Assembly: GCA_943359395.1 (NCBI GenBank)
Contig: CALRHH010000001.1
Location: 20,121 to 84,120, forward strand
Reading direction: 5' to 3'
Origin: Candidatus Nomurabacteria bacterium
GTDB taxonomy: Bacteria > Patescibacteriota > Minisyncoccia > Phycocordibacterales > UBA2100
Length of the DNA: 64,000 nt
The notes below the pieces were generated by a model that did no database searches, had not been told where the DNA came from, and saw nothing but the letters and a program-made list of their open reading frames with translations. Below, piece after piece: positions 49,039 through 57,437 of the stretch (position 1 is the first letter of the stretch; each line of letters opens with the position of its first letter). Made by a program: the position numbers and the translations under genes.

Positions 49039-50388
49039 ATGAACATTCGCGTACGATTTCCTCCGAGCCCAACGGGATTTTGTCATGTCGGCACCGCTCG
49101 AATGGCAATTCTCAATTACCTGTTTGCGAAGAAGCACGGTGGCATTATCGTTTTCCGCAGCGAAGACACCGATAAGGAGCGGAGCACCAAGGAATTTGAA
49201 GCCGATATTATCGACAACCTCACCTGGCTTGGAATTTCGTGGGACGAATTTTACCGTCAATCCGAACGCACAGAAATATACCGCGCCGCGATTCACACAC
49301 TTATTGTCCAAGGAAAAGCATACGTATCCGAAGAAGAGAGCAAGAAGGAAGCCGGCGTCATGGTAAAAATAATTCGCCTCAAGAACCCAGGGACGACGAT
49401 TACGTTTACTGACGCGATACGCGGAGATATTACCTTTGATACGACGGAGCTTGGAGATTTTGCAATTGCACGTGCGGAAGATGACCCGCTCTATCACCTC
49501 GCCGTAGTCGTAGACGACGCCGACATGAGAATCACGCACGTCATCCGCGGAGAAGACCACATATCGAATACTCCGCGACAAATCCTTATCCAAGAAGCTC
49601 TCGGACTCCCACGCCCTCTCTATGCACACTACCCGCTGCACCTAGCAGCCGACAGGTCCAAGCTCTCCAAGCGAAAGGGTGATGTGGCAGTGCGTTCGTA
49701 CAGAGAGAAAGGCTATCTCGCACCCGCACTCCTCAATTACCTTGCGACACTCGGCTGGACAGCTCCGTCTGGAAAAGAGATTCTCTCCCTTGATGAAATG
49801 ATAGGGGAGTTTGAGCTTGCCGACGTCCACAAAAACGGAGCGGTTTTTGATATTGAGAAATTGAATTGGTTCAACCGCCACTATCTCCAAGCTCTCCCGC
49901 TCCGCGACTTTGCACTGGAATCAGACAAGATACTACAGACGTCTCTCCATGCACGGGGTGTTGCGTGGAATGAGCGAATAGCGACGTCCCTCGCTCCGCT
50001 CATACGCGAGCGTATAGCCGTGTGGGAGGAGCTCCGGACTTTTGCTGATGCCGGAGAGTTTGATTTCTTTTTTGCGGAACCAAAACTTGAGCCTACATAT
50101 ATCGCTCAAAAGAAAGTAAGTACGGAGGATACCGTGCGTCATCTGCAGAGTGTGAAGAAATTACTTTCTGATGCTCCCGAAGGGGCTTACAACGACACCG
50201 AAAACATCAAAGCGCTCGTCTGGGAGTATGCAAGCCGTGAAGGGCGTGGGGCGGTACTCTGGCCTCTTCGGTACGCACTTACAGGACAAGAGCGCAGCCC
50301 CGACCCATTTGAAGTCATTCACCTCATCGGCAAGGAGGCGAGTCTCAGGCGCATTGGTACTGCACTCGCTCTGCTTTCACATATATGA
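49039..50388 (+). CDS. gltX: glutamate--tRNA ligase
   Basis: RFPPSPTG..HVG, EDTD.ER, RGEDH, KLSKR. Confidence 0.96.
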   Translation: MNIRVRFPPSPTGFCHVGTARMAILNYLFAKKHGGIIVFRSEDTDKERSTKEFEADIIDNLTWLGISWDEFYRQSERTEIYRAAIHTLIVQGKAYVSEEESKKEAGVMVKIIRLKNPGTTITFTDAIRGDITFDTTELGDFAIARAEDDPLYHLAVVVDDADMRITHVIRGEDHISNTPRQILIQEALGLPRPLYAHYPLHLAADRSKLSKRKGDVAVRSYREKGYLAPALLNYLATLGWTAPSGKEILSLDEMIGEFELADVHKNGAVFDIEKLNWFNRHYLQALPLRDFALESDKILQTSLHARGVAWNERIATSLAPLIRERIAVWEELRTFADAGEFDFFFAEPKLEPTYIAQKKVSTEDTVRHLQSVKKLLSDAPEGAYNDTENIKALVWEYASREGRGAVLWPLRYALTGQERSPDPFEVIHLIGKEASLRRIGTALALLSHI

Positions 50389-51683
50389 ACATACGTCTGA
50401 GAAAAGCAACCACGATAGTGGCTAGCGCTATTTTGTGTATCTTTGCCGTCTCACCGTTTATATCTCACGCACAGAGCACCCCGTCGGAGGTGCAGGCGCT
50501 CATCGACGCCCAGAATTCGCAAATTGCCCAGCTGGATAAGGAGATCGCCGAGTACGAAAAGCAACTGAACGCGGTAGGCACTCAAAAGAAAACTCTTCAA
50601 AACACCCTCGCAGAAATCAACCTTTCACTCAAAAAGGCCGCCGCCTCAGTGGCGGCATCGAAGAGCAAGATAAATGCGACTCAATTGCAGATTCAGCAGC
50701 TCGCGCGTGGCATAGCGGTGAAGCAAGATTCCATCGATGTTGAGGCCGCAGGTCTTGCACAATCGTTCCGTAAGATGAATGAGTCCGATGCATCGTCGCT
50801 TGCCATACAAATTTTCGCTTCCGACGATATTGCCGCTGTATGGCATGACCTTGATTCACATGCGACTCTCCGTGAAGCAATCACCGAGCAGGTGGAGAAA
50901 CTATCAACCGAGAAGCAATCCCTTGCTGATGTAAAGAAGAACACCGAGCAGAAGAGGGCTGAACTGCTTGCGGAGCAAAAGAACCTCCTCGCGCAGCAAA
51001 GCTCGCTCAGTGCGGCGAAAAAGGCGCAGAGTGACCTCCTTACCGAAACGAAATCGCAGGAGTCGACGTACCAAAAAATATTGACGCAGAAAATCGCAGG
51101 AAAAGCGGCGTCTGAGGCGGAGCTGAATAACCTTAAAGCGCAGTACCTACAGGCGGTTGACCCGTCTCAAATTCCGACAGCCAAGAAAGGCATCTTCCAG
51201 TGGCCACTCGATAAGTTTCGCATAACCCAGACCTTCGGACAGTCTGAATTCGCCCTCAGTGGCGCGTACAACGGAAAGGGCCATAACGGCATTGACTTGG
51301 GCGCACCGACGGGCGCGCCCGTCAAAGCCGCTCTATCCGGCATTGTTATCGGGACGGGAAACACAGACGCTTACAAGGGTTGCTACTCAGCGGGAAAATG
51401 GATAATGATAAAGCATACAAACGGCCTCTCGACGATGTACGGACACCTCTCGGTCATAGGCGTAAGCACGGGCCAAGCGGTCGCGACAGGACAGATAATC
51501 GGCAACGTTGGGGCTACGGGCTATGCGACGGGACCTCATCTCCACATTAGCGTGTATGTGACCTCCGTGACCAAAATCATCACTTTCCAAGAGGCGACAG
51601 GGCGGGTATCCGCTTGTGCGAAAGCGCTGATTCCAATCACTCCTCCCGCAGGATTCCTCAACCCTCTCGCGTACCTGCCTTAA
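50385..51683 (+). CDS. coiled-coil M23 family peptidase (EnvC/CwlO-like)
   Basis: Signal peptide, long coiled coil, HNGID, YGHL, TGPHLH. Confidence 0.92.
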   Translation: MNIRLRKATTIVASAILCIFAVSPFISHAQSTPSEVQALIDAQNSQIAQLDKEIAEYEKQLNAVGTQKKTLQNTLAEINLSLKKAAASVAASKSKINATQLQIQQLARGIAVKQDSIDVEAAGLAQSFRKMNESDASSLAIQIFASDDIAAVWHDLDSHATLREAITEQVEKLSTEKQSLADVKKNTEQKRAELLAEQKNLLAQQSSLSAAKKAQSDLLTETKSQESTYQKILTQKIAGKAASEAELNNLKAQYLQAVDPSQIPTAKKGIFQWPLDKFRITQTFGQSEFALSGAYNGKGHNGIDLGAPTGAPVKAALSGIVIGTGNTDAYKGCYSAGKWIMIKHTNGLSTMYGHLSVIGVSTGQAVATGQIIGNVGATGYATGPHLHISVYVTSVTKIITFQEATGRVSACAKALIPITPPAGFLNPLAYLP

Positions 51684-52312
51684 TATTTTTTCCACTCTTC
51701 GAGATCAAGTGCTTTCATCTCAATCTTTGACGCCTTGCGGAGTGTCTTCAGGTTTTTCTTTGGTGCGATAGGGAAGTGACGGGCGCTATCGAGCGCCTCG
51801 ACGAGCCAGTGCAAATCTTCGTCCGCCGTGAGCCATCGCTCAGGGGCAAGCCGCGTGAGGTCAATCGGATTTGAATATTCCCGCAGGGATTTTCTGGCAT
51901 TTAATTCTATGTACTCATGGAAATACGACATCGCGAGCTCGCGAGGGGAGCGGTAGACGGCGTCGCGGTAGCGGAGAATGACGTGATTCGTTTTGCTGAT
52001 TGCACCCCAGAGTCCGTTGACCTGAAATAATGTAATCACGTGGTCTTCGTACGCCGCAGCGGTCCGCAAATCCATGAGGAGCGGCTTCTCGCCGTGGTAT
52101 GCAAACGCTGCTGCGGCAAAGACGGCCGCTTCGAAACAATGCGCGGTTTTCGCTTTAATCATGCGGCGCGGCGACATGTACGTCTCTCCGCCATGCTCGT
52201 AATTTATCGGAATCGTATCGAGATAATCCTGTATCTTTTGTGGTGTCGAAAGTTTTTGAAAAATCTTGCGTTCGGAAGGGGAGAGGTGTGCTTTTATCTT
52301 ATCGGCGTACAT
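51680..52312 (-). CDS. hypothetical protein, transglutaminase-like
   Basis: AHCFEAA (Cys), EDHV (His), WGAISKTN; TATACT upstream. Confidence 0.7.
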   Translation of the reverse strand: MYADKIKAHLSPSERKIFQKLSTPQKIQDYLDTIPINYEHGGETYMSPRRMIKAKTAHCFEAAVFAAAAFAYHGEKPLLMDLRTAAAYEDHVITLFQVNGLWGAISKTNHVILRYRDAVYRSPRELAMSYFHEYIELNARKSLREYSNPIDLTRLAPERWLTADEDLHWLVEALDSARHFPIAPKKNLKTLRKASKIEMKALDLEEWKKY

Positions 52313-52329
52313 ATGCAGAAGTATAGTCC

Positions 52330-52877
52330 AGAAAAAACAGAGGCTCGGTTTCCTGAGCTTTGTCGCTTTCGTTGCCCACTTAAGGGTAAGGGTGGACTTT
52401 TTTGAGGTCCGACTCCCCCGGATTTCGCGGTTTTTTGGTGTAGGGGAGTCAGGTCAACAGAAAGCTTGACTAGATTGGGAAAACGGGTGGCCCGAGGCTT
52501 GGGGAAGACTCGGCAAACAAACCTCCACCAGAGGCGCTTTTGACCTCTTATACGCCTCTAGGAGACATGGGAGCGGACTGAGTCGAGGCTTTGCTCGCGG
52601 CAGGATGCGGAGTCTAGGCGGGCGCTTTATTTGTATCTAGCCATACGTCGCAAAACAAACATTGTGCGACGTCCCCGTATTAGAACATAAGTCCGCATTA
52701 GACCACTACCCTGTCAATACCCGCTTCACTCCATGTACTGACAATTATTTATTGCTGGCGGCGTTTCCTCCCTAGCGTTGCCGATTCAACCATTACTGCG
52801 GGATCGGATCGGAATCACTGGTTGTGCCAATTAATGATGAATGGCAGGGGGAATGCCTTTCATCACTCTCTCCCCTG
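52330..52877 (-). ncRNA. candidate large structured non-coding RNA (~550 nt), family unassigned
   Basis: No credible ORF; many local and long-range helices, most with G-U pairs on the minus strand; TGnTATCAT extended -10 upstream; boundaries approximate. Confidence 0.6.
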
Positions 52878-52888
52878 TTTTGATGATA

Positions 52889-53383
52889 TCACCACTTTCC
52901 GGCTTCGTGTCGCAGCCCATTTCGATACGCCTCAATGCGTCGACGGTTTGACGGCGAAATCTCTTCGGGAAGACTGTCGATGAGAAACCATCTTCGCGCC
53001 ATAATCTCAATATTCGTGGTGAGCGAGAGCGAGCCTTGGAAGTCGTTCGCATAGTAGACTGTTACCATATCCCCTCTTCCCCAAGTTCCCACGTATGTTC
53101 CAACCTCGCCGCCAAGCGATTTTATAATTAATCCTGTTTCTTCTTTCGTCTCGCGAATCGCTGCGTCTTCCGGAGATTCTTTTTTATTCACGCCTCCGCC
53201 CGGCAAAGTCCACGTCCACGGGGCGTACCAATGGGAGACGAGGAGGACATGCCCATCTTTAATAAGGATTACGCGTACGCCCTGAATGCTACTCTTTCGG
53301 AAATCTGTCCAGTATCGTAGCGCGTGTACTGCAGACATAACCGAGAGCGAAAGGTACATCCCGACTCTCCGGACGGTACGCAT
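52889..53383 (-). CDS. NUDIX hydrolase
   Basis: WTLPGGGVNKKESPEDAAIRETKEETGL Nudix box. Confidence 0.9.
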   Translation of the reverse strand: MRTVRRVGMYLSLSVMSAVHALRYWTDFRKSSIQGVRVILIKDGHVLLVSHWYAPWTWTLPGGGVNKKESPEDAAIRETKEETGLIIKSLGGEVGTYVGTWGRGDMVTVYYANDFQGSLSLTTNIEIMARRWFLIDSLPEEISPSNRRRIEAYRNGLRHEAGKW

Positions 53384-53402
53384 ACTACTTGAGGTGAAAG
53401 AC

Positions 53403-53999
53403 CTAGGCCTTTTTCCAGGGTATTTCGAATTGCATGAACTCAGGCAAAAGCTTGCGTCCGTATAGAAGTCGCGCGATGACCTCCGCATGCGACAGAGCTC
53501 CCGTGAGTGCATTGTGCGGCGATGGCTCCTCAGGTATGCCGCAATAATTGAGCACAGCGTCGAGATTGAGCGCCGAACGGCGATATTTGACCGGTGGCTG
53601 CAGTCCTTTGTGCACCATATGCATGAAGCACATCGTGTGCGTGTCGAGGGTGCGATGCGCGAAAGGCCAATTCGTGTGCCCCGCCCGCTCTGCGGCTTCT
53701 TTCAAGAAATCGCGGTCGAAAGACACGTTCTGTCCTGCGAATGTCCTCTCCTCTACACTCTCGCTCCATTCAAGAAAAGCGTGTGTGAGGTCTGCTTCGG
53801 AAGGTTTGGAAGCGTCGGTCACCTGCTCTCTCGTAAAGCCGTTGACTGCGAGAGCTTCGTCCATTATGTGTGCACCCTCCCACGCGCGGCACTCCATGTA
53901 GAAACGGTTCGTGGGATTGGCGAGGTCAAGTGCGCCCAAGCTGACTATAGAGTGTTTCTTGGGCTCCACGCCCGTTGCTTCGACATCGAGGACAATCAT
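53403..53999 (-). CDS. DEDDh 3'-5' exonuclease
   Basis: LDVEATG, QNVSFD..FL, LDT, HNALTGA (the last Asp appears replaced by Gly). Confidence 0.85.
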   Translation of the reverse strand: MIVLDVEATGVEPKKHSIVSLGALDLANPTNRFYMECRAWEGAHIMDEALAVNGFTREQVTDASKPSEADLTHAFLEWSESVEERTFAGQNVSFDRDFLKEAAERAGHTNWPFAHRTLDTHTMCFMHMVHKGLQPPVKYRRSALNLDAVLNYCGIPEEPSPHNALTGALSHAEVIARLLYGRKLLPEFMQFEIPWKKA

Positions 54000-54018
54000 G
54001 GCTTTATTGTAGCCTGAA

Positions 54019-54399
54019 TTACTGCGGAGCCAAACCTTTGCAATTTTTGGCGGGAGCGTATCCCGCTCTTTTGGCCGCAGCCTCGGTTTCAAACCACACC
54101 GTATTCGTTGCCTTTATTTTGCTCGCGCTCGTGCACCAGGGATAGTAGTAGACGCTCCCGCTTCTCGCGGCCACGAAGAGACCGCCGAGCGCCATTGCCC
54201 GCGGCGAGGTATCCCTGGGCGCTTCCCTAATGGATACGGGCGGCCTTACCTCTTCGAGAATGGAGAGCCTTCCGAGACCAAACGACGCTAAAGCCACAAG
54301 AAATATGATAGCCGCTATGCCCCATTCGGCCATCCATCCCTCTCCCGCATTCTTGCCTGTTTGCTTGATTTTTTGACTCCATTCGTGTATATTCTGCAT
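54019..54399 (-). CDS. membrane-anchored protein with Ada metal-binding-like domain
   Basis: TM segment; FVAARSGSVYYYPWC...F.TEAAA..AGY.PAKNC. Confidence 0.7.
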   Translation of the reverse strand: MQNIHEWSQKIKQTGKNAGEGWMAEWGIAAIIFLVALASFGLGRLSILEEVRPPVSIREAPRDTSPRAMALGGLFVAARSGSVYYYPWCTSASKIKATNTVWFETEAAAKRAGYAPAKNCKGLAPQ

Positions 54400-54426
54400 G
54401 TTAGTTAATCATACAACGATACCACC

Positions 54427-54699
54427 ATGGCACATGTAAAAGCGGGCGGAACAGCCCATAACCTAACAGATTCGAATCCAAAATACCTTGGCGTTAAGCG
54501 CGCGGACGGCCAAAAGGTCACCGTCGGCGAGATAATCGTACGCCAGCGAGGCACAGCCATTATGGCAGGCAAAAATATCGGTGTCGGCGTAGACCACACA
54601 CTTTTCGCACGTACTGCAGGTACTGTGCACTTCCGCTCCAAGCGCAAAACAAACTTCGACGGTCGCAGCGTCCGCCGCCGCATCGTTGACGTGATTTAG
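54427..54699 (+). CDS. rpmA: 50S ribosomal protein L27
   Basis: [31 protein letters not shown]. Confidence 0.97.
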   Translation: MAHVKAGGTAHNLTDSNPKYLGVKRADGQKVTVGEIIVRQRGTAIMAGKNIGVGVDHTLFARTAGTVHFRSKRKTNFDGRSVRRRIVDVI

Positions 54700-55142
54700 G
54701 AACTCGCGAGTATCGCAAGAGTCATCTCCACCTTTATCGCCCCGAAAGCGATAGGTATCACGTGTTCCCCCACCTCCTTGATAGGCTTCGCGAGTGTAAT
54801 CGTCTCGAGTGGAATGCTTATCTTCCGTTGCTCATGAACCGCTCGTACGATATCTGCCACTGTAATCGATTTAAATAGCCCGCCCTTTTCCGTAGCTTTT
54901 GCGGAGATTTCGACTCGTCCACCCTTCAAGCCGTGCACTGCATTAGCAATCATTTTGTTCTGCTGCTCCTTCGCCTCCCCTTCCCTCTTTTGCGCTGCGA
55001 GGTGTGCCGCCACTTTGTCGGGAGTCGCTTGCATCGCAAGTTTGCGCGGAATTAAGAAATTGAGCGCATAACCATCAGACACCTCTTTCATGGTTCCATG
55101 CTGCCCAACCTTCGCGACGTCTTTAAGGAAAATGACTTTCAT
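54696..55142 (-). CDS. rplI: 50S ribosomal protein L9
   Basis: [29 protein letters not shown]. Confidence 0.95.
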   Translation of the reverse strand: MKVIFLKDVAKVGQHGTMKEVSDGYALNFLIPRKLAMQATPDKVAAHLAAQKREGEAKEQQNKMIANAVHGLKGGRVEISAKATEKGGLFKSITVADIVRAVHEQRKISIPLETITLAKPIKEVGEHVIPIAFGAIKVEMTLAILASS

Positions 55143-55144
55143 AT

Positions 55145-56413
55145 CTACATTGCCAATAGTATCTCGACAGCCTTATCCATCTGAGGGTCCTTGCCTGCTT
55201 TTATTTCCTCGTCAGTTATCTTCACTTCGACGTCGGGCGTTATCCCCTCTTGTGGGATGTGTACGCCGTTGGGAGCAAGCCATCGCGCAACTGTGATTTT
55301 GAGTGCCGTATCGGGAGTAATCTCAACGAGTTCTTGCACAGAGCCCTTGCCGAAAGTATTAGTACCCACGAGCTTTGCCACGCCGTGGTCGTGGAGAGCG
55401 TCGGCGAGAATCTCGGACGCTGACGCCGATCCTCGGTCAACAAGTATCACCATCTTCAAATTACTGTTGAATATGTTGTACCCGAGCGAACGATGCACTA
55501 CGTTTGGCGCATGCCCCGCGTAGTCCTCCGTAACGACAATTTTACCCAGCGGCAAAAACCAACTCGCCATATCTACCGCAGCTCCCAAATATCCCCCTGG
55601 ATTGCCCCGTAAATCAAGGACGAGTCTTGTATCCCCAGACAGAACAAACTGACGGAGGGCGTTGCGGAAAAGGTCCGGTGAGGAAGAAGTGAAGGTGGAC
55701 ACCGCGATGACGTACACACCGTCCGGGCGCGCAGTTGGCGTAACCACGGGAACGTTGATGACTTCGCGTATGACTTTTATTTCCCGGGATTCAGCCCAGC
55801 CTTCTCGTATGACCTCAAAAGCGACCGCCGTACCCTTTGGTCCACGAATCTTTTTTACAGCTTGGGTGACATCCAATCCTTGAGTGGTTGCGCCATCAAT
55901 CTTAAGAATACGGTCGCCGCTTTTCATTCCCGCCCTCTCTGCGGGAGTTCCCTTCAAAGGAGAGACGACCGTCAGCACCTGATCCCGTACCGCGATTTCC
56001 ATACCGACACCCTCGAAGCTTCCGCTCATCTCGGTAGCGAATTGCTCGTTTTCGGTGGGCGGCAAGAAGAATGTATACGGGTCATCGAGCGAGGCTGCCA
56101 AGCCTTGAATCATGCCCCAGACGCGTTCCTGACTTCCGCTTGAGCTTGAACTTGAACTTGTTGCGACGGGAGTGGAGCTCGCGACCGACACGGGCACGAA
56201 TTTTTCATCTATAACACTCCACGCTTTCCAGACGGGAGAAAAGTCTACACCGGGGGGCGGCGCAGTATTGAGAGAGAGGGCGGCTGCCGCTTGCATACCT
56301 GCCCTATCCCCGCCCACCAAAAATCCTCCCCCAAATGCGGCTGCCGCAATGAGGAGACCCGCTACAATTGCATATGAAAGAGAGAGACTGCGTCCGTCGC
56401 TCGTATCGTGCAT
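55145..56413 (-). CDS. S41 carboxyl-terminal protease (CtpA-like)
   Basis: PDZ domain, LDLRGNPGG, SASASEI, TFGKGSVQ, GITPD. Confidence 0.93.
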   Translation of the reverse strand: MHDTSDGRSLSLSYAIVAGLLIAAAAFGGGFLVGGDRAGMQAAAALSLNTAPPPGVDFSPVWKAWSVIDEKFVPVSVASSTPVATSSSSSSSGSQERVWGMIQGLAASLDDPYTFFLPPTENEQFATEMSGSFEGVGMEIAVRDQVLTVVSPLKGTPAERAGMKSGDRILKIDGATTQGLDVTQAVKKIRGPKGTAVAFEVIREGWAESREIKVIREVINVPVVTPTARPDGVYVIAVSTFTSSSPDLFRNALRQFVLSGDTRLVLDLRGNPGGYLGAAVDMASWFLPLGKIVVTEDYAGHAPNVVHRSLGYNIFNSNLKMVILVDRGSASASEILADALHDHGVAKLVGTNTFGKGSVQELVEITPDTALKITVARWLAPNGVHIPQEGITPDVEVKITDEEIKAGKDPQMDKAVEILLAM

Positions 56414-56469
56414 AGAGGCAAGTATCTCACGGCGGCGGGCTGGCGCAAAATTAGATGTATAATTGAACC

Positions 56470-57381
56470 ATGCACACCCGCTACGAGCATAACGGCTTGG
56501 TATGGATAGACCTAGAATCTCCGAGCCGGGAGGAAGTTCAGGATATAATGGACCAATTTGCGGTTGCCCCTCTCATCGCAGAAGAGCTACTGCTCCCGGC
56601 TACGAAACCTCGAGTGGAATTTTACGACGCGTACGTGTACCTGGTCCTCCACTTTCCCGCCCTTCGCCATAGCCATAAGACGCGCGAGCAGGAAATTGAC
56701 TTTATTGTCGGACGTAATTTCCTCATCACTACCCACTATGACACCATCGACCCCCTGCATAAATTTTCCAAGGTTTTCGAGGTTAATTCTCTCCTCGACA
56801 AGAGCAACCTCGGCGACCACGCAGGATACATGCTCTACTACATGCTCAAGAAACTCTATGGCGCAGTCGAGCATGAAGTCGAATACGTGCGACATGACCT
56901 CGACACGATAGAAGAACACATTTTCTCCGGACACGAGGTTGCCATGGTTACCAGTATTTCCCGCAGCGCGCGGGATTTGCTCAATCTGAGGCAGCGCATT
57001 GAACCTCACCGCGAGGTCTTGCGTGATTTTGAGTCAAGCGGCCCCAAATTTTTTGGAGCCGATTTTTCCGCGTACGTGCGCTCGATTTCAGACGAATACT
57101 ACCGCGTACACAATCACATCATGCGCGCGACGGAATCTCTTCACGAACTACGCGAAACCAATAATTCCCTCCTTTCTACCAAGCAGAATGAAACGATGCG
57201 TATCCTGACCATTATGGCGCTTCTCACGTTTCCGCTGGCACTCTTCGTCGCCATTTTGGATATCAACGCACAATCCAATCCTATTATCGGTCTGCCGTAT
57301 GACTTCTGGATAATTGTAACGGCGGTTCTCACGATGGGTGCGGGTATGCTCTTGTACTTCAAGCACAAAAAGTGGCTATAA
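56470..57381 (+). CDS. CorA family divalent cation transporter
   Basis: WIDL..P, NETMRILT, two C-terminal TMs, YFKHKKWL; GMN motif appears as DIN. Confidence 0.85.
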   Translation: MHTRYEHNGLVWIDLESPSREEVQDIMDQFAVAPLIAEELLLPATKPRVEFYDAYVYLVLHFPALRHSHKTREQEIDFIVGRNFLITTHYDTIDPLHKFSKVFEVNSLLDKSNLGDHAGYMLYYMLKKLYGAVEHEVEYVRHDLDTIEEHIFSGHEVAMVTSISRSARDLLNLRQRIEPHREVLRDFESSGPKFFGADFSAYVRSISDEYYRVHNHIMRATESLHELRETNNSLLSTKQNETMRILTIMALLTFPLALFVAILDINAQSNPIIGLPYDFWIIVTAVLTMGAGMLLYFKHKKWL

Positions 57382-57437
57382 TGCCTATGACGATTCCGGC
57401 TAACCGCTAGTCATTTGACTCTAATAGAATATTCGAT

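Noticed and set aside
52316-52330. Group I intron S-like motif AAGTATAGTCC
   Set aside because: It is the reverse complement of the TATACT -10 box of the adjacent gene, and no matching R element was seen
52490-52530. tmRNA or tRNA 3' end suggested by CCTCCACCA on the + strand
   Set aside because: No T-arm (GGTTCGA-like) upstream, no matching acceptor 5' strand and no tag frame ending in an ALAA-like sequence
52380-52780. RNase P RNA (fragments such as CAACAGAAAG, GTAAGGGTG, GAGGAAAC)
   Set aside because: Fragments are in the wrong order or on different strands, and GAGGAAAGTCC is absent; a highly divergent form cannot be excluded without cmscan
56135-56162. Short tandem repeat (CTTGAA-like)
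   Set aside because: Encodes an in-frame poly-Ser linker of the S41 protease; no sign of phase variation
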